The position numbers and the translations under genes were made by a program. From Octopus bimaculoides (taxonomy: Eukaryota): a stretch of 48,427 nucleotides of DNA. Positions 13,353-23,616 of the stretch are shown one piece after another. Below the pieces are notes generated by a model. The model made no database searches and was not told the DNA's origin. It saw nothing but the letters and a program-made list of their open reading frames with translations. The stretch lies in contig NC_068996.1 in the NCBI RefSeq assembly GCF_001194135.2, forward strand, positions 57,156,818 through 57,205,244. Direction: 5' to 3'. How positions within the stretch are numbered: position 1 is the stretch's first letter; every line of letters begins with the position of its first letter.

Positions 13353-13639
13353 GTAAGTCCTCTTTGCTAATTTTTAGACTATAATCAAGTCATTGGAGCA
13401 TCCTCCACCCCTCATTGAGTTTATCTGAAATTTCGAGTCAACAGACGTTATGATGGCTGCTGACTAAATACAATTCCTAGATATCAAAAAGAAAAAAATA
13501 TTGCCCAACGATTGATGGCCGACCCAATAAAGTACCGAACGATTAATTGAGAGGTTCGTTGTGTCCATAGTCAAGTTAGTTAACTGTCAAATATTCAGTC
13601 CATCTAGATGTAAAGGATCCCAACCTACCCCTTAAAAAT

Positions 13640-14070
13640 AAATTTCTTTTGTTTCTACTAAAGGACAAGTTCTGGGATTTGGGGAATTGGGCTAGTCGAC
13701 TACATCAACCCCAATTCTCGACTGATACTTATTTTATCGACCTGAAAGTATGAAAGACGAAATTGGCCTCTGCGGAATTTAAAGCTAGAGCGTGAAACCG
13801 GACAAAATGCCGCTAAGCATTTTGTCCGGTGTCTTAATGATTCTGCCCGCTCGTCACTTTTTAATAATGGTTTCAATCAAGGCCAGTAATTTTGAGGTAG
13901 GAGTAAGTCGATGACATCTACCCCAGTACACGACTAGTACTTATTTTATCGATCCCGGAAGGATGAAAGACAAAGTCGACCTCGGTGGAATTTGAACTCA
14001 GAACGTAAAGATGTACGAAATGCCGCTAAGCATTCTCCCCGCGTGCTAACCATTCTGCCAGCTCGCCGCG
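13640..14070 (-). mobile_element. Two tandem family A SINEs (13640-13855, 13870-14070)
   Basis: Each has GTCGAC..CATC.ACCCCA..ACTTATTTTATCGA..GATGAAAG, the GGAATTT.AA B box and AAATGCCGCTAAGCATT. Confidence 0.85.
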
Positions 14071-14979
14071 GTAAGCAGTGCTGAGATTAGATCTCAGACT
14101 GGTTGGTCACTCAGAGGAAATGATTAAATGTAAAAATTGATGGCGATTATTGATGATATTTAGTGAGATCTATCCAATTCATGCCAGCAAAGAAAAACAG
14201 ATGATAAACCAATATTAATGATAATGACGACGACGATGATGATGATTATGATGATTCCGAAAATGTCTCATCTATCCATTTAACGCTACAGAAACTGGAG
14301 TTATAATCATCACCTCTGTGGATCTTTGAGCTTATAAAACTATTAATTTTGCATTTGACCACGACGCAGCCTTACCATTTTTACTTCATTATTCAGAAAT
14401 TAGGTCTCAGTTCACCGTAGTAGTGAGCAGGAGTTCTGTTTACTGACGAATGTTTAATAGGTTTGCAATGTCGAGCTGAAACTCATAATCTGTGTATAAC
14501 TGACCAAGTTATAAATATTATTCGACTCGTATAATTCGAAAATGTCAAGCAATTATTGTCTCTAATCACACTTACGTAGAATGAATATAGAATGATCTAT
14601 TATATATTCATATTTCGTATTTATACATTTCACTTGTAATTATTCATACATGCACTTCATATTTTTTATATACGTTTTATAATGGATTAATTTTAATATC
14701 ACGTTGATTGCTGTTCATATTCGGTTACTATTGTCAATTCTTTTAGATGACTCATTGTTAAAATCATGTTTACATTTTACTCTGTATACGCACAAACATA
14801 GATGTGTGTGTGCGTTTGTGTGTTCTTGTTCGCGTTGTATATTTACTTTATCACGTATTCAGAGCGTCTTTGTGGCTAGCATAAGAATAACTGTCATTAC
14901 TGCAGCCACTGCCACTATACTGCCACCCACTCTTCCCCTTTATCAAAATCATTATCATCGTCATCATCATCATCATCTT

Positions 14980-15400
14980 CAGCAGAATCGTTAGAGCGTC
15001 GGAACAAATGCTTTGTGGTATTTTGCTCTTGCTATTTTTGAGTTCAAATCCTGCCGAGGCCAAACTTATCTTTTCATCCTTTCGGAGTCAGTAAAATAAA
15101 GTTCCAGTTGAACAATGAAGTTGATAATATCGGCTGAAACCCTGCCCTAAATTTGCTGACCTTGTGCCAAAATTTGAAACACTTGTCATTATTATTGTTG
15201 TTGATAAGGCAACCAGCGGGCAGAATCATTAGCAACCGGACAAAATGATTAGCGGCATTTCGTCCATCAGTACGTTCTGAGTTCAAATTCCGCCGAAGTC
15301 GACTTAGCCTTTCATTCTTTCAGGATCGATGAAATAAGTACCAGTTGAGTACTGAGGTCGATGCAATCGATTTATCCCCTCTTCTAAACAAAAATTTCAG
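14980..15400 (+). mobile_element. Two tandem family A SINEs (14980-15185, 15205-15400)
   Basis: GCAGAATCGTTAG head, GAGTTCAAATCC/GAGTTCAAATTCC B box, TTTCATCCTTTCGG motif and CCTTGTGCCAAAATTTGAAAC tail. Confidence 0.85.
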
Positions 15401-15543
15401 GCACAGGTGGTAAGAAGTTTGCTTCCCAACCACACGGTTCTGGGTTCAGTCCTATTGCGTGTCACCTTGGGCAACTGTCTTCTATTAAAGCCTCAGACCA
15501 ACCAAAGCCTTGTGGACGGAAACTGAAAGAAGCCCGTTATATG

Positions 15544-15593
<50 letters not shown>

Positions 15594-15597
15594 GAAA

Positions 15598-15859
15598 AGT
15601 CTGATTCCATGTTTTATTATTTGCAATTTTTGCAATTTTACAATTTTACAATATTGAAACAAACTAGTACTTTCATACGTTACGCAATCATCAGGTTTAT
15701 TTAGCGACAGTCATGTTCTGCAACTGACAACTCTGTCAATTGTGCAACAGGACTATCACTAAATAAACCTGGTGATTGCATAACGTATGAAAGTACTACT
15801 TTGTTTCAACATTGTAAAATTGTAAAAATTGTAAAATAATAAAACATGGAAATCAGACT
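15598..15859. mobile_element. 262-bp near-perfect palindrome (foldback/MITE-like) inserted in a family B SINE
   Basis: Arms 15598-15729 and 15734-15859 are reverse complements with scattered mismatches and one 7-nt unit difference; loop ACTC. SINE head lies at 15400-15540 and tail at 15915-16145. Confidence 0.9.
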
Positions 15860-15916
15860 AAGTTGGAATTTCATTGATTAAGATATATTCTTCTAAACAC
15901 AACCATACAAACTCGG

Positions 15917-15956
<40 letters not shown>

Positions 15957-17054
15957 CCCATCACCGCTTGGCAACTGGTGTGGGTGTGTGTACACCCCTG
16001 TATCGGCAAAAATAACTGATAGAAATAATAAGTATGAAACTTTTAAAAAAATAAGTACTCGTGTCAATTCGTTCGACTAAGATTCTTCAAGGTGTGCCCC
16101 AACATGGCCACAATCTCACGACTGAAACAAGTAAAAGATAAAAGATTAAGACTACGCCAATAGTAGAAAGGAATATTGTTGTTGGTGGTGATGGTGGCGG
16201 TAGTGGTGGTGATGACGGCAGGAGGCGGAGGAGTTGTAGCATCATTATCATCATCTAATACACATACTAGGGTTGTGTGAAAATAATCAGTTAAAAAGTA
16301 AGAGGTTCAGAAGTTGAGCAAATTTGGTTGGATGGTAAGTTCCTGCAATAGTCTAAGTACCAGCTCGATATCCCAAAGGTGCCAATGTAGGTTTGAAGGA
16401 AAACGCATTAGGTTATCCAAGTAGTATCTATTTATTTTTTGCTAAGTTAGCGTATAAGGGTCTCTAGCATAAACGAGGTGTCCACAATTTCGAATTTTTC
16501 GGCAAAGAGCACGGCTTTGTGAACTGCACTTGGACAAAAATGGAACTATCGGAAGCTGACCGTGTCATTTTCTTTTTTAAGGTTTTCAAAAATAAAATCA
16601 GCGAATTGGTTGGATTGAATTTCATGAGGAAGATCAGCAGCAGCAGTGGGTGGAGGGATCTTTAAAAAGAAAATTTAGAGTCGATGAGGTTTAGCTAAGA
16701 AATAGCGATTGAACATATTACATGGAGGTGGTGAAGCTAGTTATCTATAATACATTAAAAATGCTTGCTTGCAATGTTACACAGCCAAACTGGCGCATAA
16801 TGGGAAAATGCTTTGAAAGTAAAGTGCCCCTGAAATGTGAATACGAACGGAAGTTTCGCGTAAATCGGACCAATGGTTATTGAGATATTCGAAGTTTGGG
16901 AGTAAAACAGTGCATAATGGGAAAATACTCCGAAAATAACTTAACCCTGAAAGGGAAGAAACTCTAACTTTTCCATTAGACACATTATGATGGGCAAAAT
17001 ATTTTAAAGTGAAAATGACTTTAAAAATACGGTAAATATTTCGTAAAAGACCCG

Positions 17055-17385
17055 TTCGTAACCTCGGTGCGAAATAGTTTTTTTTTTCCCCATAGGTTTC
17101 TTCCGAGTGTATTCAACGTGTCACGCCTCCAAAGATTTGGCTGCTATTTCTAGCACGCCCTACTACAAAAAACAGCTATTTGCGATAAACGACTCGAAAT
17201 ACCTGTCACCTGGTAGGAGGACGTGCAAGAAATAGCAGCCAAATCTTTCCATTACTGGGGAAAGGAGCCGTTTATACGTGATTTCGATGTCACATTCGTT
17301 GAAAGCATGCGAAATAACAGGGAAGAGAAAAAACAAACACGAAACAAAGCTCCGTTGCTAGGAAACTCAGACTTCCCCGGTGACC
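17055..17385. mobile_element. Unclassified interspersed repeat, rearranged relative to its copy at 43665-43975
   Basis: 17060-17130 matches 43668-43735 (direct), 17131-17185 matches 43917-43970 (direct), and 17228-17380 matches 43790-43940 (inverted). Confidence 0.7.
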
Positions 17386-17479
17386 CAACGGGTCACGGAT
17401 TGTCTAGTCAGTTTATAAAGCCCTGTTAAGATCGCATCCAGCCTACTATGTTTTAATTGACGCTCAGTCATTTTTCTGC

Positions 17480-18135
17480 TTTGTTCGAGAACATACTCTG
17501 GTGGGTACAGCGGAACGAAAGTTGTTCGATGAACTATTCAATGTCCGATGTTTTTTCAGTGATATTTGCCAGATTGTTTCTGAAAGCAGTGGACTGAAGA
17601 CGGTTGTGTTTAACACTTGTCGTAACTCTCATCGGTGAAAATGAAGCACCGAGAAAAGCCAATAACAGTAGCCAAGATGCAGGGATTACTGAGTAGTTGT
17701 GCAAGGAAAAAATCGCTGGGGGTAGATGGTCAGCATTACGAGTTATGTGTTAACTTGATATTCTTGGCAAACGTCTGTGACAATTAGCAATAGATTTGAA
17801 ACTTTGCCAATTGCCTGAGCCTTGTAGTAATGGCACTGCAGAGGGAAAACGCGAAAAGAGAGATCATCTGTGATAATTTCATGCCCATAATTCCGTTGAA
17901 CGTAAAGTTAATTTAATTAAGATGTTCCCAAAATGCTTGGCGTTCATCGTCGGTAGTAATGTTGGCACCGCTCTAACCTGTGCAACTCTTAGAACGACCT
18001 CTGTCTCATATGATACATCGTAGAGAAATTTGGTAATAAACTTGTCGTTGTCTTGGAAGCAATTCAGGGTGTCCTTGAGAACAATCTGAATTGTCCCATC
18101 AGCGACGCCTTTCTTGGGGCGTCACTTCTAGGTCT
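17480..18135 (+). mobile_element. Tx1/L1-clade LINE, decayed RT N-terminal part
   Basis: EKPITVAKMQ..LSSCARKKSLGVDGQHYEL, DNFMPIIPLNVKL, KCLAFIVGS, LTCA and YIVEKFGNK match the Tx1 RT pattern PITV.EV..S.GKSPGLDGLPYELY..DNFRPITLLNVELKIL..KRLA.IV. Confidence 0.78.
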
Positions 18136-20053
18136 GTTGTATAATCCTGGGGTGTGGAAAACTCAAGAATTGCTCCGGGGGGNNNNNNNNNNNNNNNNNN
18201 NNNNNNNNNNNNNNNNNNNNNNNNNNNNNNNNNNNNNNNNNNNNNNNNNNNNNNNNNNNNNNNNNNNNNNNNNNNNNNNNNNNNNNNNNNNNNNNNNNNN
18301 NNNNNNNNNNNNNNNNNNNNNNNNNNNNNNNNNNNNNNNNNNNNNNNNNNNNNNNNNNNNNNNNNNNNNNNNNNNNNNNNNNNNNNNNNNNNNNNNNNNN
18401 NNNNNNNNNNNNNNNNNNNNNNNNNNNNNNNNNNNNNNNNNNNNNNNNNNNNNNNNNNNNNNNNNNNNNNNNNNNNNNNNNNNNNNNNNNNNNNNNNNNN
18501 NNNNNNNNNNNNNNNNNNNNNNNNNNNNNNNNNNNNNNNNNNNNNNNNNNNNNNNNNNNNCATGTTTCTTATTCGGGCAAATCTTTACCGTTTTTTTGTT
18601 TATTTTATTTATTTGTTTATGTGTAGTCTTTTTTAATTTTTCGAAAGGTAACTGAAATCTTCAAAATTATAAAAATTGTTGTTTCTTTTTTTTTTTTTTT
18701 TTTTAAGCATACCTTGGTTCAAGAAAAATAATTAAGGGCATCGTGAAAGCGTCATATTTAATTAAAACTAAGAAACATAATTCACGATGATGAATAATTT
18801 GTATTTGTCAACTGAAAGGTAGAATCACTGAAATTATACATAGATAGAGTTTTGCAAATGATTCGAAAATTCATCTTTGAAAAATCAAAGTCATTAGCTT
18901 GAATTTTCAAAACCAAATGTGTGCATTTTTTTACCCCCGAATTGTGAAATCAGAATTTCCAGTACTAAATTCCACCATTCCTTTCCTTGTATTCATGTGA
19001 ATCTACCTTTTCGATTCTGAAAACAATAAAGACAAAATGCCTTTCAACATTAAAAAAACGTAGAAATTCCCTTCTGAATATCATCACTGACAAATATCAA
19101 GAGGCAGTTTGATAAATTGTGCCAAAACAAACACTCACACCCAACGGAAGATATTCCTTGTTACCATTTTTTTAAATTTTTGTTTTATGTTTTGTTCTGT
19201 GCGGCTGATAAAGTTTTGTATTGTTTTTGTTGTAAATTGTATATTTTTTATATATATAATCACACATACGGATTTTATTATTTTGTTACTCACTGATATT
19301 TATACCACTGAAAGAGGGCCGCAAGAAAATACATCTGGTAATAAAGGGACCATATGGGAAGGTTATTTAAGAAAAGATAGTACAGAAAACTTGCTTTCTA
19401 AATTGTGCTGTTTATTTGGTTGCGATTGTGTTGTGTATACGTTATAGTATCGAGTGGTGATTGTGCTGAATAAGAGTCATGTTATACTATTGACCAATAT
19501 ATGTGTAGAATATGTTGTGTGGGTTAGCATAATGTCAGGTGTTGATTGTGTAGAATGTATGATGAGTAGATTGTGTTATTTTATTAGGTTGTGATTGTGT
19601 TGTGGCAATAGTGTTGGGTATTGTATGTGTTGTGTGAGCTGGAATCCAGCTGCCGACCATATATCTTTCGACGACCATGTCACTCTGAAAACATTTGTGG
19701 TCATTGTCGTCTTAAACGAAATAAAGTAATATTGAAGATGGGAAAATATTGGTCCACGTTTCATAATCTTTCGGCGCAAGCTACTTTACATAATCTGAGC
19801 TTTTTCTTCCGTTCTTGTCTCCTCCCGCAACTATTAATATGCCGTAACTGTTGCTTTGAACAGTTTTGTCCGTGCTGAGTCCTTCTATGCCAATCCTCCT
19901 CCTCCTTCCCCTTCAAATTTTACTTCTCTTTCTGTCAGTGCTACATTGATTCCTTTTTTTTTTTCTTGTTCTTGATAAAAATCATGGCATCAATTTCTTT
20001 ACAATTTAACAAAGATCTCTTCTTTCAGACGCTCTTCAGTTTTCTTAGACTTC

Positions 20054-20110
<57 letters not shown>

Positions 20111-20111
<1 letters not shown>

Positions 20112-20744
20112 TACTTTTAATCTGCATGCTTGTTACAACCACTCACCGAGACACACCCAGCATCCTAGGGCGAGTGAAGAATAAGAGATATTACAGTATG
20201 ACTGAAAGCTTGGGGAGGGAAGGTAGTGAAATATCTTCATGTAATACAATACAAACATTTAAAATGATAGGGTTTTTCTAAGGATGTGGGCAGTACTTCT
20301 CAGCGCAATCTTTTGGATTTCTTTGAGACATGGTTCTCCTGGGATCTTATCTAGATGTTTCTGGCATCCCTTTCTTATCATACCTAGGGCACCCACAATA
20401 ACAGGAACAGTTCTCACTTTAAGATGCCACTTATTTTGTATTTCAATTTCCTGGTCCTTATATTTACTTAATTTGTCAAATTTCTTTACAGATACATTTT
20501 TATCAGTAGGAACACATCTATTAGTCTACAAGTACTGTCTTCTCTGTCTTTAATGACTATGTCTGGTCGATTAGCCTGGATCGTTGTCGGTGTTGATTGG
20601 AAAATCCCAGAGGATAGTGCCATTTTTACCTTCAATGACTGGCTCAGAATAATGTCCATACCAGTAAGCAGGAGTGCTGATTTTGTAGTGTATACATATT
20701 TTCCAATGTAAACACTGCTCTACACCATCGTGGCGATTTTTGTA
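20111..20744 (-). mobile_element. 5'-truncated R4/Dong element embedded in (TAA)n
   Basis: YKNRHDGV..., LWDFPINTD..IQANRPDIVIKDRE..., KFDKLSKYKDQEIEIQNKWHLKVRTVPVIVGALGMIRKGCQKHLDKIPGEPCLKEIQKIALRSTAHILRKTLSF*, then ~150 nt of 3' UTR. (TTA)n tracts on both sides (20054-20110 and 20743-20785). Confidence 0.92.
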
Positions 20745-20785
20745 TTATTATTATTATTATCATTATCATTATTATTGTTATTATT

Positions 20786-21407
20786 GAGTGAGAGAGAAGT
20801 GCATGCCATCAAAGTTAGGCTGGGGTACAAATATGCGAAGCCCATTATACCCATCATGACTACCCGTCTGATAAGGGTACACCAAGCACATGCATCACAA
20901 CTATGTGTGCGTGACATGGTGATCTCATATTAAGATAAACAGCGCNNNNNNNNNNTGCATCACAACTATGTGTGCGTGACATGGTGATCTCATATTAAGA
21001 TAAACAGCGCATGAGCTTGCAGGTGGAGCCCAGTTAGAATTTTCTTCAGGTCGAGTAGCCCATCCTGGTCAAAAGGTCCCTGAATAAGGTTTGTTTAAGT
21101 ATGTTGAGCAAAACACCCATGTTTCCAAAGGTGATTTTTTCAAACCCCAAAGAACTCCTCTCAACACATGGCTATGATGCTCCCCCACTACTTCTGCTCG
21201 TGATCAGAGATGCACATATCGTCAGCCACCAAGGGACATGCTCAACTGGTTAAGGTCAAACAACTGACCAGCAAATCTGTGGCATTGAGCAGAATATTTG
21301 TTGTAGTCCGTCTTTTATATCAAGACAAAACAATGTACATGATAACACTTCCAATCAATTAAGATCAGAAGCCATGAGAGCCACTGCCTGGTACTGCATC
21401 CGGGCAT
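20786..21407 (-). mobile_element. ~570-bp (after removing the gap duplication) non-coding interspersed element flanked by (TAA)n-like tracts
   Basis: Non-coding. Bounded by ttatt repeats on the left and tttattgttgttgtt on the right. No tRNA A/B boxes or TIRs seen. Contains a 10-N gap with a 55-bp overlap artefact. That it is a multi-copy family is recalled, not shown in this window. Confidence 0.6.
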
Positions 21408-21715
21408 TTATTGTTGTTGTTGTTATATTGTATGTTTTTGAAGTTTTTTTTCCACTTGTGTCTTCGTTATTGATGTTATCCACGATCGTGACATCTTTCC
21501 TCTTGTTTTCTATTTGCTTCTGTATGTTTGTCATGTTAGTTTACTTGATGTTTTGATATTCTTCTATAAATAGATCTGAAGGAGTAACCACTTTTCTTTG
21601 CAACCACATTGGCAGTTGCTTGTTATTTTATTTAACCTGGTGATATTGTTAACCGTGTCTACTTTCATTGAATTTTTGATGGTCAGCATTTTTATTGTTG
21701 CTGTTATTCTATAGT

Positions 21716-21958
21716 GAAGGTGCGTGGCTTAGTGGTTAGGGTGTCAGCATCATGATCGTAAGATTGTAGTTTCAATTTCTTGACTCGGCAATGTGTTGTT
21801 TTCTTGAGCAAAGCACTTCATTTCACATTGTTCCAGTCCACTCAGCTGGCAAAAATGAGCTACCCTGCGGCGGACCGGCGTCCCATCCAGGTGGGGAATA
21901 TGATTACACCAGGGAAACCGGTTCTATGAGTCTGTGACATAGGAACTTTACTTTACTT
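21716..21958 (+). mobile_element. Family C tRNA-headed SINE (CORE-like domain plus CCCTGCG..GGAC.GGCGTCCCATCCAGG segment)
   Basis: A box GTGGCTTAGTGGTTAGG, degenerate B box, TTCTTGAGCAAAGCACTTCATTTCAC..CCAGTCCACTCAGCTG, and ACTTTACTTTAC tail. Confidence 0.8.
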
Positions 21959-22234
21959 CTGTTTTATAGTTTTATCCTTGAGAGGTTCCTAGGAAAATCG
22001 ATTTTTCAAAATTCTTTAATTACCCAATACCCGCCCCCTTAGATTATCATACCCATGATTCCCACCGTATAACTTCCTATTTCTAAATCAATTTTATTTA
22101 TATTTCCTTTTATTTATATTTTTGTGTGTTGTTCTGATTCACTTTTTGTTGATCAGTGTGTGCGCTCTGGGGTTTTGTTCCATTGTGCTTTCCAATCTAC
22201 TTTATTTCATATGCGTTACATAGGTTTATTTTCG

Positions 22235-22267
<33 letters not shown>

Positions 22268-22479
22268 AACTAGTGCATTAAGAAAACGATCGATTAGTTA
22301 TTTGGATAAATATCTAACCAATTGACTAACAATAAAAAGTGATATCGAACCAGTGCAACAGTTTCTTCTTATCATTATTGGCGTAATGACCCTTCCGACA
22401 TACACACACACACACATAAAGCAAAGAGTGTATCAATAACGAAAGCAGAAAACAACAAATGTCAGGAGACATTCAAAGT

Positions 22480-22580
22480 AAATATTATTAGGTTGACGCT
22501 TAAGAAAGGAATAAAAGTTATAAAGTAAATGTGATAACGTTTTGGACATAGTCTTTCGTCTGATGAAGGAGCTGAAAAAA
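22480..22580 (-). mobile_element. Penelope-like terminal repeat remnant with a decayed hammerhead-ribozyme core
   Basis: Minus strand CAGACGA-A-AGAC-TAT-GTCC-AAAA-CGTT...AGCGTC versus the PLE-type pattern CTGANGA-A-GG..CC-GAAA-CGT...GCGTC. Related CTGAYGAAGG fragments at 430-450 (-), 2758-2775 (+) and 4614-4650 (+). Confidence 0.5.
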
Positions 22581-22692
22581 GAAGAGAGCCACATTTTCAC
22601 ACTTTTTTTTAGCTAATATCCAAAGTTTCACTGAGATAAGGTTATCTTTCCTCCAAATTTTAAATGATGGGAAGCGGAATGTTGCTGTAAAG

Positions 22693-23198
22693 AAGGGGCG
22701 GGGAAACTTTTTAGTGCCGCGGGCAAAAATTTCCTATGAAAAAGGTTTTATATCTGTGTAAATCTTGTATATATCTATTAATAATTCGATGTACATTAAT
22801 AAAGATAAGTTTAACACATTAAATTAACGCGTAACATCTTCATTAATGTCGCCACTGAATTTAAGACGTTTATATTACTTTATGAAGTATTCTATATTTT
22901 TTAGCTTGAGTGTAGTTGGGTCTCAAGGGGGTGGTACAAACCTAGCAATATGTGTTCAAAAGAGAAAACAAAATTTCCAGTCAAATGGCAATTACCAGAC
23001 TATTTCTCTTCGATTCTAACCGTTTTAAGTCGCAGTGGAAACGCAACCTTTGTTGCAAATAGGCATGTGAATATTGTATAAATTTTGTAATTGAAAAATT
23101 CATTATATTTTGTACATACGAGTATATCGGCCAGCGGGCGCAATAGAATGTGCTCGTGGGCGCAATTGCACCCACGGGCGGGGGTTTCCCCACCCCTG
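22693..23198 (-). mobile_element. Non-autonomous hAT (Charlie-like) transposon with both ends intact
   Basis: 15-bp TIRs AAGGGGCGGGGAAAC and (reverse complement) CAGGGGTGGGGAAAC. Perfect 8-bp TSD CTGTAAAG at 22685-22692 and 23199-23206. The minus-strand remnant FIQYSHAYLQQ..FSTAT..ESKRNSL resembles the hAT C-terminal dimerisation motif. Confidence 0.92.
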
Positions 23199-23432
23199 CT
23201 GTAAAGTGTGTGTAAAATAATAGAAATATATTTCTCGAGTCAATTTAGGCTTCATCTGTTTTATTTTTCGAAACTCCAAGAGTAAAATCCGAATCTTTAA
23301 TTCAAAATGTCCTAAGTTTCATCCGGTACCTGTTTATTAGTTTTTGCTAGTCGAGTTTTGCCTCGCTCTATTTTACCGACCATTTATACATCAGGGTCAA
23401 AGAATGCACTCCTTTAATTTTTACATTGGACT

Positions 23433-23563
23433 TGTAGGGAAACGACCGTGCGAACCAAAGGAGATGGCGACGAATTGGAAACAGGCTCCTTTTCACGCGT
23501 CGCACGGTCGACACAAAACATGTAATATGACATAATGAAGGCTCGCTTGTGAGATGCGAGCAC

Positions 23564-23616
<53 letters not shown>

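Noticed and set aside
14348-14359. TTT GCA TTT GAC (FAFD), resembling the kinesin FAFDAVF motif
   Set aside because: It lies downstream of the exon it should precede, the flanking residues do not match, and there is an in-frame stop just upstream.
16250-17040. Possible DNA-transposon or Helitron remnant with repeated GCATAATGGGAAAAT
   Set aside because: No ends, TSD or coding motif that I can identify with confidence.
20891-21010. 55-bp exact direct repeat
   Set aside because: It sits exactly on either side of a 10-N gap, so it is an unmerged contig overlap rather than biology.
22560-22577. Plus-strand CTGATGA-N7-GAAA as a stand-alone active hammerhead
   Set aside because: No convincing stems I and III around it; kept only as part of the Penelope remnant finding.
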